DNA of 64,000 nucleotides from a virus. This document shows, piece after piece, positions 50,546 through 58,318 of the stretch. Where the stretch lies: IMG/VR virus record IMGVR_UViG_3300008266_000018, positions 1-64,000 of that record. One strand, given 5' to 3'. Position numbers and translations under genes: made by a program. Position 1 is the stretch's first letter, and the number at the start of each line of letters is the position of its first letter. The notes beneath the pieces were generated by a model. That model ran no database searches, was not told where the DNA came from, and saw nothing but the letters and a program-made list of their open reading frames with translations.

Positions 50546-51607
50546 TTACACTGACTTTTGGAAATTGTCAATATCAAACTTTACCATTTTTTCTACGAGC
50601 TTGTCAAAAGAAACCTTTGGCTTCCAACCTAATTCTCTTCTTGCGAGATCTGAATTTCCAAGTAGAATTTCTACTTCCGCTGGTCTATAGAATTTAGGGT
50701 TAATTTTAACTAAAACAGAAGACTGAGCTTCTCCAAGAGACAATAAATTAGTTTGAATACTTAATTCTTTATGTTCGCCTTCTCCATGCCAAGCGCAAGG
50801 AATATCAGCATAAACGAAAGCAAGATTTACAAATTCTTTGATTGTATGAGTTTCATTAGATGAAAGAACGTAATCTTTAGGAGTTTTTTGATTTAACATC
50901 TTCCATACGCCATCAACAAAGTCTTCTGAATCTGACCAGTCTCTTTTCGAATCTAAATTTCCTAATTCAATCGGAGCAAAAGGCTGATTATTTTTAATTG
51001 CGTTATGAATTCGCGCAACGCCTAGAGAAATCTTTCTGGTTACAAACTCAGGGCCGCGCTTGGTTCCTTCGTGATTAAATAAAATGCCATGAACAGCATA
51101 TAAATTATACGATTCACGATATACTTTTACTAGTTGATGAGCAGCAACTTTAGATGCTCCATACGGACTTCTTGCCCTCATTGGGTGTTTCTCGTCTTGT
51201 GGAGAGTAAACAACGTCGCCAAATTCTTCGCTGCTTCCAGCAGAATAAAATCTGCACTTTGGATGATATTGACGAATCGCTTCAAGGCATCTAGCAACTC
51301 CAGTAGCGTTAATATCAAATGTTTGAAGAGGAATATCCCAACTACAACCAACAAAACTTTGTGCGCCAAAATTAATAAAATAATCAGGCTTAATATCTTG
51401 AACTAAACTTGGAACACTTACACTGTCGCACAAATCTCCATAAACTAAATCTACTCTAGGATTATGAATAAAAGATTTACAGTTAACTAGATTCGGATTT
51501 GATGTCCTCCGAATCATGCCATAAATTTTAGCGTCAGTATTCTTTAGCAAATATTCCGCCATATTTGCGCCGTCTTGACCTAGTATTCCAGTTAATAAAA
51601 TTTTCAT
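50546..51607 (-). CDS. gmd: GDP-mannose 4,6-dehydratase
   Basis: TGILGQDG, AQSFV, SSEEFG, SPYGASK, LFNHE, FVTRKI and YRPAEV motifs. Confidence 0.93.
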   Translation of the reverse strand: MKILLTGILGQDGANMAEYLLKNTDAKIYGMIRRTSNPNLVNCKSFIHNPRVDLVYGDLCDSVSVPSLVQDIKPDYFINFGAQSFVGCSWDIPLQTFDINATGVARCLEAIRQYHPKCRFYSAGSSEEFGDVVYSPQDEKHPMRARSPYGASKVAAHQLVKVYRESYNLYAVHGILFNHEGTKRGPEFVTRKISLGVARIHNAIKNNQPFAPIELGNLDSKRDWSDSEDFVDGVWKMLNQKTPKDYVLSSNETHTIKEFVNLAFVYADIPCAWHGEGEHKELSIQTNLLSLGEAQSSVLVKINPKFYRPAEVEILLGNSDLARRELGWKPKVSFDKLVEKMVKFDIDNFQKSV

Positions 51608-51984
51608 TCGATTGAGAACATTTTTTTATTATATTTGACTTCGCGAGAAGGATCTTTAGGGTGCTTCTTGCCTTTACGAGTTTTACTGTAATCTTCGAAG
51701 AACTTCTTTTGTACAGGATCTTCTCCAGCGATATCCTTGCGTTTTTCAGAAAGCTCTTTTGATCTATCCATCAAATCTCCAAGAGTTTCTTTTTTATTAG
51801 AAGTTTTATCTCTAAATCCTGTTTCACTAAAAGCGTCGATATGAGTGTCTATTGAAGCTTGTGGAATAGTAAAAATTCTTTCCCAATCAACTCCTTCTTC
51901 AGAATAAACATGATTCTCACTCATTCTCTGAAGAATTTCTTTAATCTTGCCTGTTTTAGGATTTTTAAATAAATAAATAGGCAT
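51604..51984 (-). CDS. FmdB-like protein without Cys ligands
   Basis: MPIYLFKNPKTG..KE..Q.M...RIFT.P pattern. Confidence 0.55.
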   Translation of the reverse strand: MPIYLFKNPKTGKIKEILQRMSENHVYSEEGVDWERIFTIPQASIDTHIDAFSETGFRDKTSNKKETLGDLMDRSKELSEKRKDIAGEDPVQKKFFEDYSKTRKGKKHPKDPSREVKYNKKMFSIE

Positions 51985-51985
51985 A

Positions 51986-53062
51986 TTAAATTAATGCTAA
52001 AAGTTGATCTACTGTTTTTTCATAAGTAAATTCAGTTTGGAGCTTTAATCCTTCTTCATTTACTCTGTTTTTTTCTACTCTTTTAATTACCTCTTCGCAA
52101 CCAGCAATAAATTCATCTTCATTATAATTAAAATATTGACCTTGATTTATTTCTATTCCTTTCTTGAAGAATAGATTATCGTAGCAATCAATCTTATCTT
52201 TACTAGGATTAATTAATACCGAGTTCTTTTCATTTGCCCAAGTTGAATGAGCATGAGCATTTAATATAACAGCATGTTTTCCAATCGCGACAGAAGAGAA
52301 TTCAGGAATAGACCATCCTTCGCCGCTAGACATGCCAATAACTACATCGGCAGAATTAAGAAATTCATTGTAAGTCTTATTCTTTTCTATCCATTCAATG
52401 TTGTTATAATTAAAATATCTATTTCCTTCAAGTGCGTCATTTATGATTTTAGCATTTAACTCTTTAGAAATAAAAGAATTATAGCAGCAAGATTGAAGTG
52501 AGTATTTTTTATTATTACCAAACTTTTTAACCCAACTCTTAATTACTCTAACTTGATTCTTTCTGCGTTCGATTTTTCCGCAAACATTAAAAGTAATTCT
52601 TCCATCATCAAAAAACGTCTTGTTTAGATTTGAAAAAGTATTTGTATCAAATCCAAGAGGAACGAAATGAGTTTCTACGCCATGATTGTCGAAAACTTCT
52701 TTAGTGTATTTATTTGTAAAGACAGTTATATTTCCTTTAGCGACATTTTTCTCGTAGGTAGTTGGAGAGTCTAATTCATAGAATGAAATCAATATCTGCT
52801 TTTTAGATATAGATTCATGACTTCCATTAAGATGCCAAAGTTTAATTACGGGAATATCTCTTGTATGAGATTCCTTATATTTAGAAATACATTTATTGAT
52901 CCATTCTAAAAACTGTGGATCATCTTCACAAGAAGAAACGTTGACGTTTCCAATTGGAAGTAAAGAAGGGGCCAGCCCCCTTCGGTAGATCTCTCTAAGA
53001 ATTGCTAGAGATACTTGACCGAAGGAGACTGGATTAATTGGGATGTTAAGAGCGAAATCCAT
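51986..53062 (-). CDS. GT-B (GT4-like) glycosyltransferase
   Basis: VPLGFD, GKIERRKN and SSGEGWSIP motifs. Confidence 0.8.
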   Translation of the reverse strand: MDFALNIPINPVSFGQVSLAILREIYRRGLAPSLLPIGNVNVSSCEDDPQFLEWINKCISKYKESHTRDIPVIKLWHLNGSHESISKKQILISFYELDSPTTYEKNVAKGNITVFTNKYTKEVFDNHGVETHFVPLGFDTNTFSNLNKTFFDDGRITFNVCGKIERRKNQVRVIKSWVKKFGNNKKYSLQSCCYNSFISKELNAKIINDALEGNRYFNYNNIEWIEKNKTYNEFLNSADVVIGMSSGEGWSIPEFSSVAIGKHAVILNAHAHSTWANEKNSVLINPSKDKIDCYDNLFFKKGIEINQGQYFNYNEDEFIAGCEEVIKRVEKNRVNEEGLKLQTEFTYEKTVDQLLALI

Positions 53063-53406
53063 TACAGGAGTCCGTCATCATCTTCCTGAACAGCATAAGT
53101 CTTCTTTACGGATGGCTTATTTCCATAAGCTGGAGCCTTTGCTGTTGGAGCCGCCTTTTGAGGTGCGCTTGTTGTTGCGGTTGCAGGTCGTCCTTCCATA
53201 GGAAGCGACTCATAGATTCGAAAATCAGGTTGATTTTCAGACTTCTTATCTTTAGAAGAGAAGACTACAATCTTTACCTTCTCGCCATTTGCCTTGTTAA
53301 TGTAACCAGTCAAGTATGTCTGGTTCTTACCTTGGCGTTTCCATAGAGCGCCGAGTTCTTCGCGTTTAGACTTATTAGCTGTATCGTTTGCGTTTGTATC
53401 ACTCAT
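53062..53406 (-). CDS. DUF736-like protein with acidic tail (possible second SSB)
   Basis: LGALW...YLTG...QPDFRIY, an Ala/Pro linker and an EDDDGLL end. Confidence 0.55.
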   Translation of the reverse strand: MSDTNANDTANKSKREELGALWKRQGKNQTYLTGYINKANGEKVKIVVFSSKDKKSENQPDFRIYESLPMEGRPATATTSAPQKAAPTAKAPAYGNKPSVKKTYAVQEDDDGLL

Positions 53407-54001
53407 ATATTTCTAATTTACGGTTCTTTATCTTTCTTTTAAGAAGACTTATTCCTTTTTTGTGAAGATTCAAAACTGTTTGCGTTGTAACTCCGAGTTC
53501 TTCCGCAATGTTTTTCCACTTCACTTTATAATCAGAATACTTCCTCTTGAAAACGTATGAAATTCTATCATCAGAGACATCTGAAAATGCAGTTAAAATA
53601 TTTTCTAAATTTACTTTAACAGGCTTTTTTCGATAAGCCTCCATTGAGATTTCAGAATCTATGATAGGGGAAATTTCCTCATTGTCAACAAAGAATTTGT
53701 TTTTCGTGTTCGAAATCCTGTTCAGGCAATGGAATCTAGCTTGGTTCGCGAGCCAAGTAGAAAACTTAACATTTTTATCAGCGTCGAAAGAAGACAATGA
53801 ATTATAAAATACGAACATCTTATCAGATAAAATATCTTCACTTGATACTCCTGATCTCTTTAGTCCGTTCATATATCCATGACACACTTTATAATACAAG
53901 TTTTCGTGCCTTGAAACCAGTTCGCAAAATGCATCGTTGCAAGTTTCTTCGTTTATTAGCTTGATTAACTCTACGTCTGATAACTTATTTAAGTTTTTCA
54001 T
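53399..54001 (-). CDS. Phage-encoded sigma70-family factor
   Basis: Region 2 (FDADKNVKFSTWL) and a region 4 HTH (WKNIAEELGVTTQTVLNLHKKGI). Confidence 0.8.
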   Translation of the reverse strand: MKNLNKLSDVELIKLINEETCNDAFCELVSRHENLYYKVCHGYMNGLKRSGVSSEDILSDKMFVFYNSLSSFDADKNVKFSTWLANQARFHCLNRISNTKNKFFVDNEEISPIIDSEISMEAYRKKPVKVNLENILTAFSDVSDDRISYVFKRKYSDYKVKWKNIAEELGVTTQTVLNLHKKGISLLKRKIKNRKLEIYE

Positions 54002-54591
54002 TTTAAATGTAAATCAAGGATGCACTGATTTACAAATAAGTCAAGCACTTTAATATCAGAAACTTTGGGCCAAATTACATAGTAATCAGCATCTTCTCTA
54101 ACTTTAGGATAATGAAACGATTCTTCTTCGTTTGGTGGCTGAACTTTTACGCCATTTTTTGGATTATAACATGAAACATCAATCAAGCGACCTTTTAAAA
54201 CGTGCTTCAACCAAAATACTTCATCTTTAGAAAAATAGTTATGACGTATATCGGTTATGCAAATGTATTGAGACTTAGATTCCAAGATCTTCTTAGTTAT
54301 AATATCTGTCCAAAACTTTCCATACGATTCCAATCTCTTTTGCTTCGCAAAAAGAACGAGATCGTTTCTAACCAAGTCCTTCTCTTCTCGCGTACAATTC
54401 AAAATGTCAACATTGTATTTTTTAATAAGGTCTTCCCTTAGAAGAATTTTCAATTCATCTGCTAGGGCGAATCTTTCGAACGGTAGTTTCTGCGATAGCA
54501 GAGAGAAGAACGTATCCTTTCCACTACTGGCTACGCCAGACAATCCAAGGATTGTACGAGAACCGAGATTTGATTTATTAAGTTTTGACAT
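53998..54591 (-). CDS. Deoxynucleoside monophosphate kinase-like protein
   Basis: GLSGVASSGKDT P-loop, ALADELK, ITDIR; start at 54591 or 54618. Confidence 0.75.
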   Translation of the reverse strand: MSKLNKSNLGSRTILGLSGVASSGKDTFFSLLSQKLPFERFALADELKILLREDLIKKYNVDILNCTREEKDLVRNDLVLFAKQKRLESYGKFWTDIITKKILESKSQYICITDIRHNYFSKDEVFWLKHVLKGRLIDVSCYNPKNGVKVQPPNEEESFHYPKVREDADYYVIWPKVSDIKVLDLFVNQCILDLHLK

Positions 54592-54653
54592 GCAACCAAC
54601 GCTGGAAAAGGAATCCATCTCTAATATGTATTTATATTAGATCATAAACGACA

Positions 54654-54935
54654 TTATTCAAGCCAAATCAGTTCTTCGCAACCTATTTCGTAGGCTTTCG
54701 ACCCTATTTCGTAGAGCCTAGCTAATGACTTGAATAAATATTTACCGCCAAAATCCGATTGAACTTTTTTTATTGCTCGCCTCACCGACTAGGTGAGTCT
54801 ATCGATCTCGTCTTACGAACGCCGCTTTTTCCCGAAATAACGTTGAAGTTCTTAGCTTCACTTGATCGATGCCTTTCTACGGGCCTGATGTCTCTTACGG
54901 TTCACGCTGGATTCCCAGCAAGCTAGTAATCGGTT
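54654..54935 (-). ncRNA. Putative structured non-coding RNA of unknown family
   Basis: ORF-free, GC-elevated interval with nested stems, G-U pairs on the minus strand only, and an upstream promoter. Confidence 0.6.
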
Positions 54936-54941
54936 GTCGTG

Positions 54942-54970
54942 ACCTTAGTCCTCCTTAGAAGATTTGTCAA
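54942..54970 (-). promoter_or_regulatory. sigma70-type promoter TTGACA-N17-TAAGGT driving the putative ncRNA
   Basis: -35 at 54970-54965 and -10 at 54947-54942. Confidence 0.65.
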
Positions 54971-55367
54971 CCTCTTTTTTCAAAAAATCTAAAATGTGCA
55001 AAATGTTCCACAAATCCTTGGGTTTTAGCTCTTTTGGATCGCACGTTTCCGAGTCGTCCTTGATGACTTCTTGGCAGAACCAATTTACTCTGTCCGCGAT
55101 ATTGCAAGCAAGTGCGCCATTAATTTTAATATCTTGCTCCATCTGCTCCAACTTTCTATTTAAAAAATAAATCTTCTCTCCGTCAGGATTAGATTCGCAA
55201 GCTACAAAATTTTCAGACAATAAATTATTCAACGCGCAAACAACTGGGTATTTGTCGTTGTCATCCTCATGGATAACCAAAAGTTTATTTAAATCCTTCG
55301 GGTAATTAAAATAATCGTTTTCAGAAAACCAGTTAATTAGTTTTAAAGATGCTTCTAAAGTAGTCAT
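54945..55367 (-). CDS. Hypothetical protein
   Basis: 140-aa ORF with ATG start. Confidence 0.65.
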   Translation of the reverse strand: MTTLEASLKLINWFSENDYFNYPKDLNKLLVIHEDDNDKYPVVCALNNLLSENFVACESNPDGEKIYFLNRKLEQMEQDIKINGALACNIADRVNWFCQEVIKDDSETCDPKELKPKDLWNILHILDFLKKEVDKSSKED

Positions 55368-55376
55368 AATAGTAAA

Positions 55377-55694
55377 ATGAATTTAATATTGATATCTATA
55401 GTTATCGGTTATTTAACTTTTATCTGGTTAAAAACAAACGCTATATACGATTATACAAGCTGGATATTAAAGAAGACTAATATTTTTAAAGAATACGAAG
55501 ACTTTATTGAACAAAAACAAATGAATTTAAGTTTGCCTGATTATTTATTATTAAAGAAGAAATCTTTCTTTTTTAAATTAATCACATGCCCTATATGCTG
55601 CTCGTTTTGGATGAGCATGATATATTACAGGTCAATCGAAGGAGTTTGCGCCGCATGTTTTTCTTATTTAATTTATAAACTTTTAATTAAATGA
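55377..55694 (+). CDS. Membrane protein, DUF1360-like
   Basis: TM helices and an LITCPICCSFW motif. Confidence 0.6.
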   Translation: MNLILISIVIGYLTFIWLKTNAIYDYTSWILKKTNIFKEYEDFIEQKQMNLSLPDYLLLKKKSFFFKLITCPICCSFWMSMIYYRSIEGVCAACFSYLIYKLLIK

Positions 55695-55978
55695 AAATTA
55701 AATTAGACTATTTTTTTAATTTCGTAAAGAATAATCCAGCACACTTTTCAGTGTTAGACCCTGAGATTGCAAAACTATACGACATGAACATATCATCATG
55801 CAATTGTGCAACTCCAAAAGGGCAACTAACAACAGCATTTGAACAATTCAAAAAAGTGCTATGTATTGAAAATTGTAGGAACAAAATTCTTGACAAATCA
55901 AAGGAGTTATTAGATGATTCTATACAGATAGAAGATTTCAGTGTAAATACTTGTGGTGAAAACTTTCAAAATAAATAA
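55691..55978 (+). CDS. Hypothetical protein
   Basis: ATGA overlap with the previous gene; CNC motif. Confidence 0.6.
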   Translation: MKIKLDYFFNFVKNNPAHFSVLDPEIAKLYDMNISSCNCATPKGQLTTAFEQFKKVLCIENCRNKILDKSKELLDDSIQIEDFSVNTCGENFQNK

Positions 55979-56138
55979 TTTAAAAATGAAAGTAACTGGT
56001 CAGAAGCTTGTCATTTATGATTCTTTAAATGACGTTTCTGACGAAGAAGTTTTATTAATTGCCAATTATCTTTACAACGAAGGATTCTTTAAAACCAAAA
56101 AAATAGATGTACGAGTCCAAGGTGATAGAAAAAATTAA
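55953..56138 (+). CDS. Hypothetical protein
   Basis: YLYNEGF motif; preceded by GTGTAAAT. Confidence 0.55.
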   Translation: MVKTFKINNLKMKVTGQKLVIYDSLNDVSDEEVLLIANYLYNEGFFKTKKIDVRVQGDRKN

Positions 56139-56322
56139 TTATTTCTACGAAGAATTAGATAGCTTAAATCAAAGCTTAGATTGGCTAGAGAAAAAAATAG
56201 AAGTAACAACTTCTGAAGAAGATTTATTATATTTATATACTCAAGTAGTAGAAGAACAAAAAAAGCATGAACTGTTAACTAGAGAATTTATGGCACACTT
56301 AGCCATATTGTCTCAGCAGTGA
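56107..56322 (+). CDS. Hypothetical coiled-coil protein
   Basis: ORF track. Confidence 0.5.
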   Translation: MYESKVIEKINYFYEELDSLNQSLDWLEKKIEVTTSEEDLLYLYTQVVEEQKKHELLTREFMAHLAILSQQ

Positions 56323-56374
56323 GTCAGATAGTCTCAAATAAAGCGTCTAAATATGAAATATAACCATGAAAAAG

Positions 56375-56391
56375 TTGGCATGAATCTTGCT
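56375..56391 (+). promoter_or_regulatory. sigma54 (-24/-12) promoter TTGGCATGAATCTTGCT
   Basis: GG-N10-GC spacing with one mismatch to YTGGCACG-N4-TTGCW; an AAGGA RBS and ATG at 56419 follow. Confidence 0.75.
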
Positions 56392-56418
56392 ATAGAAATA
56401 AATAACAAGGAAAACAAT

Positions 56419-56730
56419 ATGGTATTAAATTATTATTACGACGCAACAAAAAACTACTACTTCAAACAAGATGGATCAGACTATGTAGTCTCCATTGATG
56501 TGCCGGGAATTAAAAAATCAGAATTATCAATCACGATAAATAAAGAAGAACAAGATAATCTTCTGTCTATTAAAACGCAAAATAAAGACAGAGATTACAG
56601 TCAAAATTTTAGAGTGTCTGGCAAGTTTGATGAAAAATCAGTGAAGGCATCACTTTCTGAAGGAGTATTAAAAATAAAAATGAAGCTGAAAGAGGAAGCT
56701 TCAACGAAACATAAAATAGAAATTGAATAA
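56419..56730 (+). CDS. Small heat-shock protein (Hsp20)
   Basis: DVPGIKKSEL...VKASLSEGVLKI alpha-crystallin motif; start reassigned from the RBS and promoter. Confidence 0.85.
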   Translation: MVLNYYYDATKNYYFKQDGSDYVVSIDVPGIKKSELSITINKEEQDNLLSIKTQNKDRDYSQNFRVSGKFDEKSVKASLSEGVLKIKMKLKEEASTKHKIEIE

Positions 56731-56735
56731 AAAAT

Positions 56736-56761
56736 AACCCTCGCCAAACGGCGGGGGTTTT
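56736..56761 (+). terminator. Rho-independent terminator
   Basis: aaccctcgcc-aaac-ggcgggggtt hairpin followed by T residues. Confidence 0.8.
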
Positions 56762-56775
56762 GTGTAATATTTTGT

Positions 56776-56991
56776 ATGCCTATTCCTAAACCGTCAAAGA
56801 AAAACCAAAACGAAGACAAGTATATTGGCGACTGTATGGGGGATTCAAGTATGTTAAAAGAATTCCCCAATCAGAAGCAAAGATATGCTGTATGCAAAAC
56901 TACTTTTGATCGCGCCAAGAAAGCTAAAGCTTCAGAAGATGAAGATATAAATTGGGTTGACAATCAAGAAAAGGGTTATATATTGTATTGA
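56776..56991 (+). CDS. Small phage protein
   Basis: MPIPKP...CM....KEFP..KQRYAVC; preceded by GTGTAAT. Confidence 0.7.
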   Translation: MPIPKPSKKNQNEDKYIGDCMGDSSMLKEFPNQKQRYAVCKTTFDRAKKAKASEDEDINWVDNQEKGYILY

Positions 56992-57605
56992 TGCTGCTTA
57001 CGAGCAAAGTCTTTACTCTGTGCCTTAATAAAAGCTGGATTCCCATCGGGACAAAGTGCGTTTCTGAAGCAGTATCTTGCCTGTATTCAGGAGATTATCA
57101 AGCGCTTTATATTCAAGAAAACGGTAACGAACCGATCTTCGAAGTTTTATCTTGGGAAGATTGGGTGAGAATTCCTGTCTCTGAAAATGACATAACTATC
57201 TCATCTGTAAAACTCACCATCAAAGTTCCTACAATTATTATTTGTAAAAATTACAATGCAATTCCTATGCTTGAAGTTAAGCTGAACAGCGATAGGATTG
57301 CAGAGAGAGATAATTATACTTGTCAATATTCTGGGCGCAAATTTACTCCAGAAGAAGTCAAAAAGAAAGCTTCAATTGATCACATTATTCCAAGATCAAG
57401 AGGAGGAAAAGATTCTTGGGATAATTTAGTTCTTTGCGATAAAGAAATTAATTCAATGAAGTCTAATAAGACTCCAGAAGAAGCGGGGCTTAAATTAATT
57501 AGAAAGCCTTCTTTAAAGCCGTACAAAGTTCCATATCAATCTTCTATTAGAAATATTAACCATTACTCATGGAAGCATTTTATAATAGAAAAGAATGAAC
57601 AATAA
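56988..57605 (+). CDS. HNH endonuclease
   Basis: RDNYTCQYSG...IDHIIPRSRGG..SWDNLV....N..KSNKTPEEA. Confidence 0.9.
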   Translation: MMLLTSKVFTLCLNKSWIPIGTKCVSEAVSCLYSGDYQALYIQENGNEPIFEVLSWEDWVRIPVSENDITISSVKLTIKVPTIIICKNYNAIPMLEVKLNSDRIAERDNYTCQYSGRKFTPEEVKKKASIDHIIPRSRGGKDSWDNLVLCDKEINSMKSNKTPEEAGLKLIRKPSLKPYKVPYQSSIRNINHYSWKHFIIEKNEQ

Positions 57606-57888
57606 ATCTCAAGAGAGATCCCATAAGCAAATAATGAAGTGCGTCAAAGAGCTTTCAGAAAGTTACGACACAGTTCAGATTTTTTTAACAAGACACGTTG
57701 ATGTAAGTAAAAATATTGAAGATACTGAATCTCTTTATTTTGGGATAGGAAATAAATTTGCAATTTACGGCCAAGTTAGAAATTGGTTGTTGACAGAAGA
57801 GAAAAAGATGCTAAACATAGCTGACCTAGAATTCGACTCTGAATTTGGAGGAGAAGACGAGGACGACGGAACAGAAGAAAAAGAATAA
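57595..57888 (+). CDS. Hypothetical protein with acidic C-terminus
   Basis: ORF track; G.GN.FA..GQV..W. Confidence 0.65.
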   Translation: MNNKSQERSHKQIMKCVKELSESYDTVQIFLTRHVDVSKNIEDTESLYFGIGNKFAIYGQVRNWLLTEEKKMLNIADLEFDSEFGGEDEDDGTEEKE

Positions 57889-57889
57889 T

Positions 57890-58315
57890 ATGAACATTCA
57901 AATTAAGAAATTGTCTGATAAAGCTAAGATTCCAACTCAAGGATCAAAGTATGCTGCTGGTTATGATTTGTATGCAGCAGAAGAAGTTCTTGTAAATACA
58001 ATGGGAAGAAAGTTGGTAAAAACCAATATTTCTATTTCAATTCCTGAAGGATATTATGGGCGCATTGCTCCTCGTTCAGGTCTAGCTTATAAGAATGGAA
58101 TCGATGTTTTGGCTGGAGTTATCGATTCTGATTATCGCGGCGATATTGGAGTTATTCTTTTTAATACAGATCATAATCTTGATTTTGAAGTTAATGTTGG
58201 CGACAGAATCGCGCAAATTATTATTGAAAAGTGTCATTCTGCAAATTGGGAAACTGTTGAGACTCTTGATGCCACCGTTCGATCTGAAGGTGGATTTGGA
58301 AGCTCAGGAGTTTAA
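57890..58315 (+). CDS. dut: Trimeric dUTPase
   Basis: AGYDL, PRSGLA, GVIDSDYRG, GDRIAQ and RSEGGFGSSG motifs. Confidence 0.95.
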   Translation: MNIQIKKLSDKAKIPTQGSKYAAGYDLYAAEEVLVNTMGRKLVKTNISISIPEGYYGRIAPRSGLAYKNGIDVLAGVIDSDYRGDIGVILFNTDHNLDFEVNVGDRIAQIIIEKCHSANWETVETLDATVRSEGGFGSSGV

Positions 58316-58318
58316 AAT

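Noticed and set aside
54629-54636. T4-type late promoter TATAAATA on the minus strand
   Set aside because: It is the only intergenic instance I noticed, in very AT-rich DNA; the recurrent upstream motif in this window is GTGTAA(A)T.
54654-54935. Structured region as a cobalamin riboswitch, SRP RNA, tmRNA, RNase P or hammerhead
   Set aside because: GGGAA and TCAGG fragments are present, but there is no GCCACTG/B12 box, no AGCAG of SRP, no tRNA-like ends and no GAGGAAAGTCC; ctgatgt is not the CTGATGA core.
56353-57890. ORF-track starts for Hsp20 (56353) and dUTPase (57845)
   Set aside because: The RBS and sigma54 promoter support 56419 for Hsp20; the dUTPase domain begins at the ATG at 57890, just after the upstream stop.
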